Positions 8,350 through 18,724 of a stretch of DNA of 64,000 nucleotides are shown piece by piece. A program made the translations under genes and the position numbers. Below the pieces are notes generated by a model. The model was not told the origin of the DNA, did no database searches, and saw only the letters and a program-made list of their open reading frames with translations. Position 1 is the stretch's first letter. Each line of letters starts with the position of its first letter. The stretch comes from a virus, in the IMG/VR virus record IMGVR_UViG_3300026484_000382, positions 10,702 through 74,701 of that record; one strand, written 5' to 3'.

Positions 8350-8429
8350 AACTAAATCCTTTTTTTCTAGATTTTAACATTTTTTTGTTATTTAGTAAAT
8401 TATTTTTGTGTTTATATTAAAAATAATAT

Positions 8430-8458
8430 TTGACTAACAAAAAATAGTAAGTTATAAT
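8430..8458 (+). promoter_or_regulatory. Sigma70-type promoter of the structural operon
   Basis: TTGACT, 17-nt spacer, TATAAT, then A-run AAGGAT. Confidence 0.7.
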
Positions 8459-8479
8459 AAACAAAAAAAGGATTTAGTT

Positions 8480-8902
8480 ATGCCAACTATTTCAACAATG
8501 TTTGATAAACCATTAGAAGAAGATATTGCTTTAGAAACAAAATCTACTTCGGCTTCTAGTATAGTTGATACTTTAAAAAATGCTGAAAACACATATAAAG
8601 CATTTTTATATTTAAGAGCTATGTATTCATTGTATCCAAATAAAGAAACAATACTTAAAATGGATACAGTTAAAAGTGATGATTATGTAGAGATAGATAA
8701 ACCTGTTAATGCAAACAGAATATTTGTGGTTAATACGGGAGATGGTAGTTGTTACATTAAATTTAATGATGAAGAGTTTGAGATTGTTGCTGGGAAAGAA
8801 TATGAATTTCCTGTTATTCCTAAAACAGATGAAAATGATGGTGATAAAGTTGAAGTTAAAGGAACACTTTCCTATTACATGAAAAACGTACAGGAGTTCT
8901 AA
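8480..8902 (+). CDS. Putative virion structural protein, paralogue of 8904..9311
   Basis: Shares FDxPLEED and LKNxENxYKAFLY with the next gene. Confidence 0.6.
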   Translation: MPTISTMFDKPLEEDIALETKSTSASSIVDTLKNAENTYKAFLYLRAMYSLYPNKETILKMDTVKSDDYVEIDKPVNANRIFVVNTGDGSCYIKFNDEEFEIVAGKEYEFPVIPKTDENDGDKVEVKGTLSYYMKNVQEF

Positions 8903-8903
8903 C

Positions 8904-9311
8904 ATGGGAAATACTATAAAAACAAGATTTGACTCACCTTTAGAAGAAGATGTTACATTTGAACAAACAGAAAATCAACAAGAAATAAGTGATTTATTAA
9001 AAAACACTGAAAATATATATAAAGCTTTTTTATATATGAAAGAAATGTTTTCTAGTGCACCTGTGTTTAATAAAATCGTTAATATTACTTATGTTGATGA
9101 TGTTACTGACGAAGATATCTCAATTAATGAAGAAGCTAATTTATTAACATTTAAAAACAACAACAAAGACACATCTGAAATTTACTATAATGACAATGAT
9201 AAATTAGTGTTGTACGCATATGAACAAATTGATATACCTGTTTTTAGTGGAGACACTATTAAAATTACAGGGACTATGAATATTATACAAATGAAATACG
9301 AAATTAGATAA
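8904..9311 (+). CDS. Putative virion structural protein, paralogue of 8480..8902
   Basis: Shares FDxPLEED and LKNxENxYKAFLY with the previous gene. Confidence 0.6.
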   Translation: MGNTIKTRFDSPLEEDVTFEQTENQQEISDLLKNTENIYKAFLYMKEMFSSAPVFNKIVNITYVDDVTDEDISINEEANLLTFKNNNKDTSEIYYNDNDKLVLYAYEQIDIPVFSGDTIKITGTMNIIQMKYEIR

Positions 9312-9324
9312 TAAAGGATAAAAA

Positions 9325-11388
9325 ATGGCTAATATTTATTATGTTGATCCAGCTAATGGAGATAATGCAAATGATGGTTTAAGTGTAGACAAACCAATAA
9401 AAGATTTATGGAGTGATAATGTAGATTATGGAGATAAGGATAATATATCAATATTTTACATTAAAAGAGGTACAGAATTAATAATTCCAGAGGATACCAG
9501 TAAATCTCTGCCTTTCGGTATTGTAATGTCTTGGCCGCACTCTAATGATGGTGAGTATTGGGATAATAGACCAGATGATGGTAAGGATTGGGATGATGAT
9601 GATAGTTCAAAAGCAAATTTTGCAGCAGAGAACAAATCGTATATTAGTGTAGATGATGAAAAAATAGTTTATTTTAAAAATATAGACATGCATTACCCAG
9701 ATAGAGACACAAACCCAAGTTTTATAATAAAAAACTCAATAATAGGTTTTATTGATTGTGATATATCTGCTGGTTCATGGCCTGAAGGTCGTGACTATGC
9801 TTTTGTTAGGGTTAATGGAACAAGTAATGACACAAAATTAAATAAAACAATAGAAATAACTAGAACAAATATTAGTTTTGATTCTGGTGGTACAGTTATG
9901 TCATATAATGGTGATGATGATGTTAGAAGTTTTACTAAAAGGGTAAATGTTGTAGATTCAGATATAAACGTTTATAGATTTTTTTGTGCTGATAGTGACT
10001 ATGATGCTGAATACGGAACTTCTGTGTTTAATATTGTTAATTCAACAATTAAAACCAGCAACGACACATTTAGATGTTATGGTGATAAGAATGGAAGTGA
10101 TCGAGCAGGAACAATATATTTAAAAATAAAAGAAACTGAATTTATTTCAGATAGTGTTTTTTTTAAGTTTGGTGATAGTTATTACACAATGTATCTTCTT
10201 GATGTTAATATCGAAAATAGTTCTATTAAAACAGATAAATATATTTTTTATACAAATGCAGATAGTAGTGATATTGTTAACTATTTAAGAATAAATACAA
10301 TAAACACAAAATATAAGTCAACTAAATCATGGATTTATCATAACAATTCAACAGACGATATGCATTTCCGTTTAAATGCGATAAGAAATACTTTCAGTAA
10401 CCAGGATTGTGTAATGGATTTAAATAGGTTGTATGTTTCTGAAGGTATTACACTTATAAATAATAAATATGAAAATATAGGAACTATATTAAAAGAGAGA
10501 TCACATGGTAGTGTAGCCTTTGATAAAGTTAAAATGTTTGAATCAAATCTTAAGGTTGAACATATTGTTGATGGTATAACACTAAATTCAACTTACCATT
10601 TAAATAATTGTGTTGTAAATGGATATGCGTTTAATAATATATCTAATAGTAATGTTGTGTTGAAAAATTGTAAAGTAGGGCAAATAAATTCTGACTCGCT
10701 TACATCAATAAGAGCAATAAATTGTGAGATAAGTCAAGATGATAGATCACCTATTACCAATGGGGATATTTATTTAGAGAATTGCAAAATAAATAATGAT
10801 GATTATTTGTTGTTTGATGGTGCTTTAAAAGTTAACGGGATTATTGTTGATTCTAACATATCAGGTGATGTTGCATCATCATCATCGTTAGCTGTTTTTA
10901 GTAAAATTTATAATACTAAAATATCAGGAGAAACCGTTTCTTATAGATGCGAAAAAGAAAAGGTGCAAATAATGACAGCTTCCCCTTATAGAGATGGTGG
11001 CTCTAAATTTTCATTAATGCTATATAAGAAAAAATCAGGCATTTACCCTGCAGTAATAGATGAATTATTTACACAATATGATTCAGAAAAAACAACATTA
11101 ACATTGTATTTTGCAACAGCGGCTGAAATTAATATTAATAATTATGATATACAGGTTAGTATTTCATATAAAGACAAGACAGATGGGTACACATTTAAAG
11201 ATTGCAATATAGAAAAAGACCCAGATAGTGAATGGGATGGTCTTTCTGATGAAGTTAAATATTATAAAGCTACTATTGATATTAGTGATGCTGATTTAGA
11301 CAATGGGGACAAAATTGCTTTTATTTTTACTTCTGTATTAGATAGCATATCTAAATATTATATAGATGCAATTATAAAGAAAAGTTAA
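9325..11388 (+). CDS. Right-handed beta-helix (pectin-lyase-like) tailspike or appendage protein
   Basis: N-terminal YYVDPANGDNANDGLSVDKP motif; repeated I/V-x-N-S/C-x-I beta-helix turns. Confidence 0.7.
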   Translation: MANIYYVDPANGDNANDGLSVDKPIKDLWSDNVDYGDKDNISIFYIKRGTELIIPEDTSKSLPFGIVMSWPHSNDGEYWDNRPDDGKDWDDDDSSKANFAAENKSYISVDDEKIVYFKNIDMHYPDRDTNPSFIIKNSIIGFIDCDISAGSWPEGRDYAFVRVNGTSNDTKLNKTIEITRTNISFDSGGTVMSYNGDDDVRSFTKRVNVVDSDINVYRFFCADSDYDAEYGTSVFNIVNSTIKTSNDTFRCYGDKNGSDRAGTIYLKIKETEFISDSVFFKFGDSYYTMYLLDVNIENSSIKTDKYIFYTNADSSDIVNYLRINTINTKYKSTKSWIYHNNSTDDMHFRLNAIRNTFSNQDCVMDLNRLYVSEGITLINNKYENIGTILKERSHGSVAFDKVKMFESNLKVEHIVDGITLNSTYHLNNCVVNGYAFNNISNSNVVLKNCKVGQINSDSLTSIRAINCEISQDDRSPITNGDIYLENCKINNDDYLLFDGALKVNGIIVDSNISGDVASSSSLAVFSKIYNTKISGETVSYRCEKEKVQIMTASPYRDGGSKFSLMLYKKKSGIYPAVIDELFTQYDSEKTTLTLYFATAAEININNYDIQVSISYKDKTDGYTFKDCNIEKDPDSEWDGLSDEVKYYKATIDISDADLDNGDKIAFIFTSVLDSISKYYIDAIIKKS

Positions 11389-11834
11389 TGATTGTCTTAT
11401 CTTGTAAAGATTATTTTAACCCAACTAATGAGGATAATTATGTAGAATTATTCTCGTTGGGTGAGACTAATTCCGATAGTAGATTAAATAGTAGGGGTGA
11501 TACAACAGTAATTGTGTTTTATCTTAATGATTTACTAAATAAAGTTCTCACAGAAAAAGACACAGATAGATTAAAAAACAGAAGTGATAATATGTTTGTT
11601 GCCCCATACCTTAGTGTTGTGTTAAATAAAATTCTTACAAAAAAAGACACAGATAGATTAAAAAGTAGAGGTAACGAGTTTATTATGGAAGAATTTATCG
11701 AATTTAATTTTTTAAATGATGTTTATATGAAGAATATTGGTTCTAGATTTAAAAGGTTGTTTTTAAAAATAAATAGGGTACTTTACCCTAAAACTGTACT
11801 ACAAAACTATGGTAGGTTGCAAAAAAAAATTTAA
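11388..11834 (+). CDS. Hypothetical protein with 29-aa internal repeat
   Basis: LNKVLTEKDTDRLKNR and LNKILTKKDTDRLKSR. Confidence 0.55.
   Translation: MIVLSCKDYFNPTNEDNYVELFSLGETNSDSRLNSRGDTTVIVFYLNDLLNKVLTEKDTDRLKNRSDNMFVAPYLSVVLNKILTKKDTDRLKSRGNEFIMEEFIEFNFLNDVYMKNIGSRFKRLFLKINRVLYPKTVLQNYGRLQKKI
11554..11664 (+). repeat. 24-nt direct repeat with 87-nt period
   Basis: AAAAAGACACAGATAGATTAAAAA at 11554 and 11641. Confidence 0.8.
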
Positions 11835-11865
11835 TATGTTAAAATTAACAAAAAAAGGATTAACA

Positions 11866-12303
11866 ATGAGAAGTTTTAATTTAATTAAGACAGCGGCTAA
11901 GAAAAAAGATAATGGACTTAACACAGCTGAAAAAGCTGCTATAGCAAGTGCAGGAGTTGGGGCAGCTGCTTTATCACCTTATGCAGCGAAAAGTGTTATG
12001 AAAATGTTAGCAGAAAGAAGTGGTAAAAAAGCAGATAAATTATTAGCAAAAGCTGATACTTATAAAAATGCTAACAAATCAGGATGGTTCGGTGGTCTAA
12101 GAGAAGGTCACAAGAAAGAACATGAAGAGTTAATGGAAGTTTATAGAAAACAAGCAGAAGCAGCAAATAGAGCTCAAGGTAGAGCAGATTCTGTTGCAGG
12201 GTTTGTAGACAAACATGGTAAAAAATTAAAATATGCCGCAGGTGCAGGTGCCGCAGGTGCAGGAACTGGTTTAGTATATGGACAAGGACAAAGAAGAAGT
12301 TAA
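11866..12303 (+). CDS. KxA-leader protein (MRSFNLIKTA) with Gly/Ala-rich helices
   Basis: True start is behind AAAAAAGGATTAACA; similar to 48924..49328. Confidence 0.75.
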   Translation: MRSFNLIKTAAKKKDNGLNTAEKAAIASAGVGAAALSPYAAKSVMKMLAERSGKKADKLLAKADTYKNANKSGWFGGLREGHKKEHEELMEVYRKQAEAANRAQGRADSVAGFVDKHGKKLKYAAGAGAAGAGTGLVYGQGQRRS

Positions 12304-12414
12304 TCATTCCTCTTTCTCTTCTTTTTTCTTCACAAAAAAATAATCTTATAATTAATATTTCATTTTTATAAAACACTTTTTTATGTTATAATTAACAAAA
12401 AAAAGGATTTATAT

Positions 12415-13254
12415 ATGGAAAGATTTGGATTTAAATTGTTTAAAGACCCTGATTTAAATTATGAATTGGTTGCAGGTGATGTTAAAATTGCACTTAACTC
12501 TGTAAACCAACAAGAACAAACTGTTACAGTTTATTTTGGGGCTTGGGATCAATATGATCCAGCAAAACAAAAATCAATTAGAACGAAACTTACTTTGTCG
12601 CCAAATGACACCTTACTATGGACATTGGTTAGACTGGTGGATGATGGAGATGGAGGATTAAAAGAAATTCCCGCTGTTGAATTTGTTAAATCTGTAAAAG
12701 TAACTGCTCCTGATGAAGAAGATTTAATCTCTTTAAATCCTAATAATCATGTTGCTAACTTTTATTACAACGATGATGATGATAAGAAATTATCAGAAGA
12801 TGGAGATGATGTTATTTGGGGATTTTTTAATGTAGGTGAATATAAATTTGGATGGTCAACTTCTACAAATGTTGAGGCTGGGTATTTTAGAGCTGCAAAA
12901 AGAGATGATGATGATTCTTCTAAAGAAATTATTATGACTAGAAGAGATGTTTATGGTGATGATGATGACCACCCTGATAGATTTATGTTATGGTCTCATG
13001 GAGACAGATTACCACATGGTTGGTATATTAAGGACTTTTGGGCATATACTTACCCTAATGATGACGATGATGAAACACAAGCTAATGATATTATCCCTAA
13101 ATTAAAAACAATATCAACAGGAGTTGGTAATGCTATTAGATTTGATGTTACTTTTTATATTCCAGAAAATTATACTGGAGATAGTCAAGACCTATCGTTT
13201 AAATTTAAGATACTTGGTCTACAAAATGTTCTTGTTGAACAGAATGAAATCTAA
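12415..13254 (+). CDS. Asp-rich virion appendage protein, paralogue of 13357..14049
   Basis: FGFKLFKDPDLNYEL...STGVGNAIRFDVTF; own TGTTATAAT promoter. Confidence 0.6.
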   Translation: MERFGFKLFKDPDLNYELVAGDVKIALNSVNQQEQTVTVYFGAWDQYDPAKQKSIRTKLTLSPNDTLLWTLVRLVDDGDGGLKEIPAVEFVKSVKVTAPDEEDLISLNPNNHVANFYYNDDDDKKLSEDGDDVIWGFFNVGEYKFGWSTSTNVEAGYFRAAKRDDDDSSKEIIMTRRDVYGDDDDHPDRFMLWSHGDRLPHGWYIKDFWAYTYPNDDDDETQANDIIPKLKTISTGVGNAIRFDVTFYIPENYTGDSQDLSFKFKILGLQNVLVEQNEI

Positions 13255-13356
13255 TAGAGAGTCTTTGTTTTTTTTGCTGGTAAAGTAAAAACAGTATATT
13301 AATCGGCGGCACAGGATAGCCGCTATAACAAACAATAATTAAAAAAAGGATAAAAA

Positions 13357-14049
13357 ATGGCAATTAGTGGTAATGTTAATTTATTTGAATTAGGGTTTAG
13401 GTTTTATCATGATCCAAATTTGAGATACGAAATAACTCCGGATTCTCAAATAAGAATAGATCCAGCAACGGGTAAAGCAACAATGTTCTTTGGTATGAGA
13501 GACTATTTGGTTGATGGTGTAAGAACAAGAAAACAGCTAAAAGTTGTTCAAGGTGCTCCAACATTTTTTCTTGAAGCTATAGATGAAACTGGTCAAAGAA
13601 ATTGGGATGGTGTAAAAGGAATTCGTTGGGATGACAAAGGAACTATGACGTCTTACAATGATGCCCTTACTGCACCAGAAAGAATAAGTGATTATTACAA
13701 TGCCGACACTGCTTGTCCTAATGATAATACACAAGCTAGAGTTGCATTTGTATTTTGTTATGATAATAACGATACAAGATATAAAATTAAAAACTCTGAC
13801 GATGGTTCAACTAGAGAAGTTTATGCAAGAAACACAACAACTATTACATTAAATAAAAATGAGTACATTTATGGTATTAATTCTCATAGGAGTAGGCTTT
13901 TATCCGAATTGAAATCAGGAATAGATAATGCTTTTAAAATAGAAATTACATTTGATTTGGCTTATGATTTTACTGGACAGCAAAGAGGTTTAAATTTTTT
14001 TACAATGCCTGATACAGTTATTCAAGTTATAGAATATGTATTGGATTAA
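13357..14049 (+). CDS. Virion appendage protein, paralogue of 12415..13254
   Basis: LGFRFYHDPNLRYEI...KSGIDNAFKIEITF. Confidence 0.6.
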   Translation: MAISGNVNLFELGFRFYHDPNLRYEITPDSQIRIDPATGKATMFFGMRDYLVDGVRTRKQLKVVQGAPTFFLEAIDETGQRNWDGVKGIRWDDKGTMTSYNDALTAPERISDYYNADTACPNDNTQARVAFVFCYDNNDTRYKIKNSDDGSTREVYARNTTTITLNKNEYIYGINSHRSRLLSELKSGIDNAFKIEITFDLAYDFTGQQRGLNFFTMPDTVIQVIEYVLD

Positions 14050-14061
14050 TAAAGGGTTCTT

Positions 14062-15456
14062 ATGTTAATAACACTAGATTCAATAGGAATGAGGCTAACT
14101 TATGATAGGGAAGGGAGATACCCTATAGATATCTCCGAACCTATTGATTTACCATCTTATCAAAAAGAATTTGATTGTTACATGTCTTTAAAACAACCAA
14201 AACAATTAGAAGATGGAAGTTGGGAGTGGTATTATAACGACACTATGTTTCAAAATAATGTTGATACAAATTGGGGTTATAATTTTAATAGGATTACTAC
14301 TTGTGGAGGGCCATTTGGTGTAAAAGTTGGGCATAAGTTAGTTAAAAACAAGAGAAATATAAGTATAAATAATATCACCATAGAAGAAATGGTTTGGGCA
14401 GAAAAAGCCATAGATGTTTCTATATTTAAGAATTGGTTTAAAGATAAAGCCCCTTTAATATCTAGTTCTGATGGAGTTATGAATTATGATGAAGCAAAAT
14501 CTCATCAAATTTTCTCTTATTTTAAGCCAGATGGTAATACAGCATTAAGATATGAAGATTACTTTGGTGAAGAATTTTTTTTCTTAGAAAAGCCATATTA
14601 TATATCTGGGATTAACTATGAGTCAGTTGCTTTAAAAAATAATGAATTGTTTTTCAAAAAAACACTTAACAATAAAGAATTTTCATTTGGCGCAAGACTA
14701 ATGATACCATCAAGTGTTTGGGACAGTGAAAATACTGTAGATATATACGAGGATAATTATATTAAGATATATGTGGATTTAGCAAATAAAAATATTGTGT
14801 TCGTTACTAAAGGTTTACTAAATACTTCTGCCGAAAAATACATATACTTACCAAATACTTCTAATGAGTTTTTTAATGTATGGCTAACTTATAATAACGG
14901 GGTGGTTAAAGCGGGAGTAAACGATAATATTGAAACTTATTTTTCTAAAGCTATCCTTAAACCAAAGTATATTTTAAATAGAGAAGAGCTGTCTAATATA
15001 AGGGTAGAAGTTGTTGAAAGTGTTGGAAGAGTTGGAAGATCAAAATATTCATTAAAAATTATAAACGATGAAGATGATAAATTCTTAAAGTATTTATATT
15101 ATAATGATTATGATGAATTAAGCTACAAATATGATTTATGCCAAGGATATCGTTCAACTTCAAGATGCGGTCATAAATATCATTATTCTAACGAATATGA
15201 AGTACACAAATATGGATTGTCAAATATGGTATATCGCTCTTATGGATGTTGTTCGGGTGGTAATGCAATAGAAACATTGCGTTCACCAATAATTGGAAAA
15301 GGTTCTAAAATAAAAATAAGTAACATAGATGGACCATTCTATTTATGGCCATGGTTAAATGTAGGTGTAAAACAAAGAATATATAAAAATATACAAAGAA
15401 TACATCCAATATCTGGAAAATTAGAAACAGTTTCTTCGGAGTTAATTATAGTATGA
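14062..15456 (+). CDS. Putative tail appendage protein with LamG/ConA-like segment
   Basis: FSFGARLM...FFNVWLTYNNGVVKAGVND pattern. Confidence 0.5.
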   Translation: MLITLDSIGMRLTYDREGRYPIDISEPIDLPSYQKEFDCYMSLKQPKQLEDGSWEWYYNDTMFQNNVDTNWGYNFNRITTCGGPFGVKVGHKLVKNKRNISINNITIEEMVWAEKAIDVSIFKNWFKDKAPLISSSDGVMNYDEAKSHQIFSYFKPDGNTALRYEDYFGEEFFFLEKPYYISGINYESVALKNNELFFKKTLNNKEFSFGARLMIPSSVWDSENTVDIYEDNYIKIYVDLANKNIVFVTKGLLNTSAEKYIYLPNTSNEFFNVWLTYNNGVVKAGVNDNIETYFSKAILKPKYILNREELSNIRVEVVESVGRVGRSKYSLKIINDEDDKFLKYLYYNDYDELSYKYDLCQGYRSTSRCGHKYHYSNEYEVHKYGLSNMVYRSYGCCSGGNAIETLRSPIIGKGSKIKISNIDGPFYLWPWLNVGVKQRIYKNIQRIHPISGKLETVSSELIIV

Positions 15457-17579
15457 GTAATAATGTAGAAAATATAATGACTCAAGATATTCTCCAATAT
15501 TTTTCTATTTATGGGGATGAACAATTAACTAGGGAAATTGGAGCAAATGATATAATTGATTTGTGTGATATTGACAACACAATAACATTGTATATAACCC
15601 TTAATGATTATTTATCTATCAATGATCAAGGCCAATTGTGTATGGTTATTGATGGGGAATATAGGGTTGTTTTTTTTGATATAGTAAGAGAAATTGAAGG
15701 TAAATTTTTTAGAAATTATGATTTAGTGGAGAGTATAGAAACAGAATTTTTTTTTGACACAAAGCCATTAATAGAAAACCTAATTAAAAAAATAGATGGA
15801 GAACCTTTTATAAATGTAATGGGAGTTCTTAATTTTTTTAGTTTTAAATCTTTGAGTTTTAAAGAAATAAAACCTGATTATATAAAAGGTGAAGGGTATT
15901 CATATAGTTCGGAGGAGATATTTAATTATACTAATAAAATAATGACAGGAAATTTCTTAGTTCCTTCGTTTGATAAAAAAATAGGAGACCTAGCATCAGT
16001 TTTTCCAAAAGGAAATGTGGAGATGGATAAAGTCTATTTCTCTAAAAATGAGTTGGATAAGTTATTTTATTTAGATGTGTATTTAAAAAAGAAAGTTTAT
16101 TCTTTCCCAATTATTAGGGATGAAGTTACAGTTGGATATATAAAACAAAAGTATTACGAAGAACAAGTTAAAAATAATTTTTTTTTAACAGAGATTCCTG
16201 AAGGGTCAGATGTTAACCCAGATTATTTAACTTTAATAGAAAAAATATACAATACTAATTACATTAAAGATTGTTTACAGATAGAACCTATAAAAGAATA
16301 TCCAGGTTTATCTATAAGCGATTTATTTACACACTCGGCTTTATATTGGAATGGTTGTCTTGGAAAAGCACATATTAATATATTGGGGGACATAAAACCT
16401 ACTTGTTATATAGTGCAAGACAAGTTTAAAAATTATATGGGTGATTTTAGTTCTGATTATAGATTAGGGCTTTCATCTCATGAAGTGTTTCAACGATGGG
16501 CTTGGTATATAGAGAAAGGAATGGAAAGAACTTTAGATGAGAACGAAACAAATGATGAAATATTTATCTACAATACAAAAACAAAAGGTAATCTTAAACG
16601 AAAATTAATGAACGAGTCAATAGCAACTGGCTTATTGGGGTTAGGTAGAGTATCGACTATTGAAAGATACAACTCACTATATCCTTATTTAGAGAAAGAC
16701 GGTGCCATGAGAGATATGACGATTCGACCTAATTACTTTTTATTTAAAACACCTCCTTATGGGAAAGAACAATATAAAGAAGGAGAAAGGGGGAGTATTT
16801 GGAGTGACTTTTCAATGCAAAAAATAATATATGCTGCAATACATAATAATGGTGATATGTATATGCAAGATAGGGTTAAAAACGTATTAGATTCGCATGG
16901 TGGTGGGACAGAGTATAATTTTTTTGTTTCTTATGATACTTTTTGCAAAAAACACGACATTAATCTTAATTATATAACTAAAACGGATAATGAAGGGATA
17001 GCTGAAAAATCATATATTTTAATGGAAAGCTTAAGAGCTAATACAGAAATCCCAACTAAAGTATATTGTGAGTTTTATGACAGAAATCACCCTGCTCCAT
17101 TAGATAATATTTATGCTTACGTCCCAATCCCATTAACTCCAGGAAACTATAAATATAAAAATATTCCTTTAAAAGACGAACATGGTATTATTATTTACAA
17201 TAACAAAGGAAAGCCTATTGTAGACATAAATAAAGGTTTATACAGAATAGAAGATAAAATTGCTATGAAAGAAGATATAGGGTCTAATCTAATAATACAC
17301 AAAAGAAAAAGAAGTGAAGATTCCGATGGAAATGTTACAATAGAAGATTTAGGGGAAGTTGAATATCCTGGAAACACATGGAAAATACCTTTTAATGAAG
17401 GGGAGTATTTGTATAAGTGTAAGTGTAATGCTGTGCATACTTTTATTTCTAGAGACATGAAATTTAAGATAAAAATAAAATTTAAAAAAACACCAAATAG
17501 AGAACAAAATATATATTTTAGATTGTTTGCGCATGATTATACTTTTGGTAGAATGTTTTGCATAAAAAGGAAAAGATGA
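15453..17579 (+). CDS. Large putative tail/appendage protein
   Basis: Operon context; N-terminal FSIYGDEQLTREI motif. Confidence 0.5.
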   Translation: MSNNVENIMTQDILQYFSIYGDEQLTREIGANDIIDLCDIDNTITLYITLNDYLSINDQGQLCMVIDGEYRVVFFDIVREIEGKFFRNYDLVESIETEFFFDTKPLIENLIKKIDGEPFINVMGVLNFFSFKSLSFKEIKPDYIKGEGYSYSSEEIFNYTNKIMTGNFLVPSFDKKIGDLASVFPKGNVEMDKVYFSKNELDKLFYLDVYLKKKVYSFPIIRDEVTVGYIKQKYYEEQVKNNFFLTEIPEGSDVNPDYLTLIEKIYNTNYIKDCLQIEPIKEYPGLSISDLFTHSALYWNGCLGKAHINILGDIKPTCYIVQDKFKNYMGDFSSDYRLGLSSHEVFQRWAWYIEKGMERTLDENETNDEIFIYNTKTKGNLKRKLMNESIATGLLGLGRVSTIERYNSLYPYLEKDGAMRDMTIRPNYFLFKTPPYGKEQYKEGERGSIWSDFSMQKIIYAAIHNNGDMYMQDRVKNVLDSHGGGTEYNFFVSYDTFCKKHDINLNYITKTDNEGIAEKSYILMESLRANTEIPTKVYCEFYDRNHPAPLDNIYAYVPIPLTPGNYKYKNIPLKDEHGIIIYNNKGKPIVDINKGLYRIEDKIAMKEDIGSNLIIHKRKRSEDSDGNVTIEDLGEVEYPGNTWKIPFNEGEYLYKCKCNAVHTFISRDMKFKIKIKFKKTPNREQNIYFRLFAHDYTFGRMFCIKRKR

Positions 17580-18712
17580 TGGGTTGTTGTTCGTCTAGAG
17601 ATTTGTATTGCACGAATGATTATAGTGGTTTTATAGTTTTTAAACCTGACAACTTTACAGTTAAAGGAGTCTATTTTTCTGGGTATGAAGCAAATGGAGT
17701 AGAAACAGCAAATGGTTTTATTTTTTCAGCAGGGAAAGATGGTGTATTTGGGGGTGTTGTAAAAAACGATGAATTTAATGCTATTTTTAATGTTTCTATA
17801 GATGATTGGTTTCCTGATGTTGATGTCAGTGAATGCAATATAGCTATGATAAAGGCTCTTCCTGTAACTATGGATAAGGTTTATGTTTGTGTTATTGCGT
17901 ATAGTGGGTATGATTTGTATTTTTATAGTAAAATAGTAAATGTTTTTACAATATTCAATAATTCGACTATAGAACTAAACAAACAAGAAGAAATTGAGCC
18001 AATTGTAGAATATCAAGCAAACAGTGACAACGAGGAAGTGGTTGACGTAACATCTTCTATTAATAATGATTTTAATGTAGATGAAGCTAGAACTGTTATA
18101 ATGGGAAAAATAAAGGATGATTTAGAAGATATTTTTGATACAAAATTACCTTCTTTTATTGAATTAAAAACTATTTTTTCATTAAACTCAAATGGAGGTT
18201 TTGATGGTATATTATATATGTTAGATGTCGACTGTTTAACTATAAAAAAAAGGAGAATATTTACAGATTTAGATATTAACGCGGGAGATAATATTGAAAC
18301 CGTTAAAACATTAGAAAAGCCTATTGTTATACCTGACAAATATGCTTTCACTAATTTTGCTACATATGGGTTAAGGAATGGTACTTGTTCTAAAATGTAT
18401 AGTGTTGTTAAGAATTCGGATGAAAGTAGTTTTTTGTATTTATTTACGACAGACAAAATAACATTTTTTGGTTATTCAGATGAGAACACTCTTATTTACT
18501 CTAACACACAAAGCAAAGCAATGTTTTTTAAATGTGATACGGATAAGGTGGATGAGTTTAATATATTTAATAATATTATCATTAACCCAAAAGATGGTGT
18601 TTATGCTAAAACTTTAGATGCGCCCATTGCTTTACCGAGTGGAACATTAGAGCAACAAGATGAAGATATTACTTTTATTAGTTGTTTTGATATTTATTTT
18701 AATTATAAATAA
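17558..18712 (+). CDS. Hypothetical structural protein
   Basis: Long ORF in the structural operon; true start probably at the ATGATG near 17576. Confidence 0.5.
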   Translation: MHKKEKMMGCCSSRDLYCTNDYSGFIVFKPDNFTVKGVYFSGYEANGVETANGFIFSAGKDGVFGGVVKNDEFNAIFNVSIDDWFPDVDVSECNIAMIKALPVTMDKVYVCVIAYSGYDLYFYSKIVNVFTIFNNSTIELNKQEEIEPIVEYQANSDNEEVVDVTSSINNDFNVDEARTVIMGKIKDDLEDIFDTKLPSFIELKTIFSLNSNGGFDGILYMLDVDCLTIKKRRIFTDLDINAGDNIETVKTLEKPIVIPDKYAFTNFATYGLRNGTCSKMYSVVKNSDESSFLYLFTTDKITFFGYSDENTLIYSNTQSKAMFFKCDTDKVDEFNIFNNIIINPKDGVYAKTLDAPIALPSGTLEQQDEDITFISCFDIYFNYK

Positions 18713-18724
18713 AAAGGAGATTAT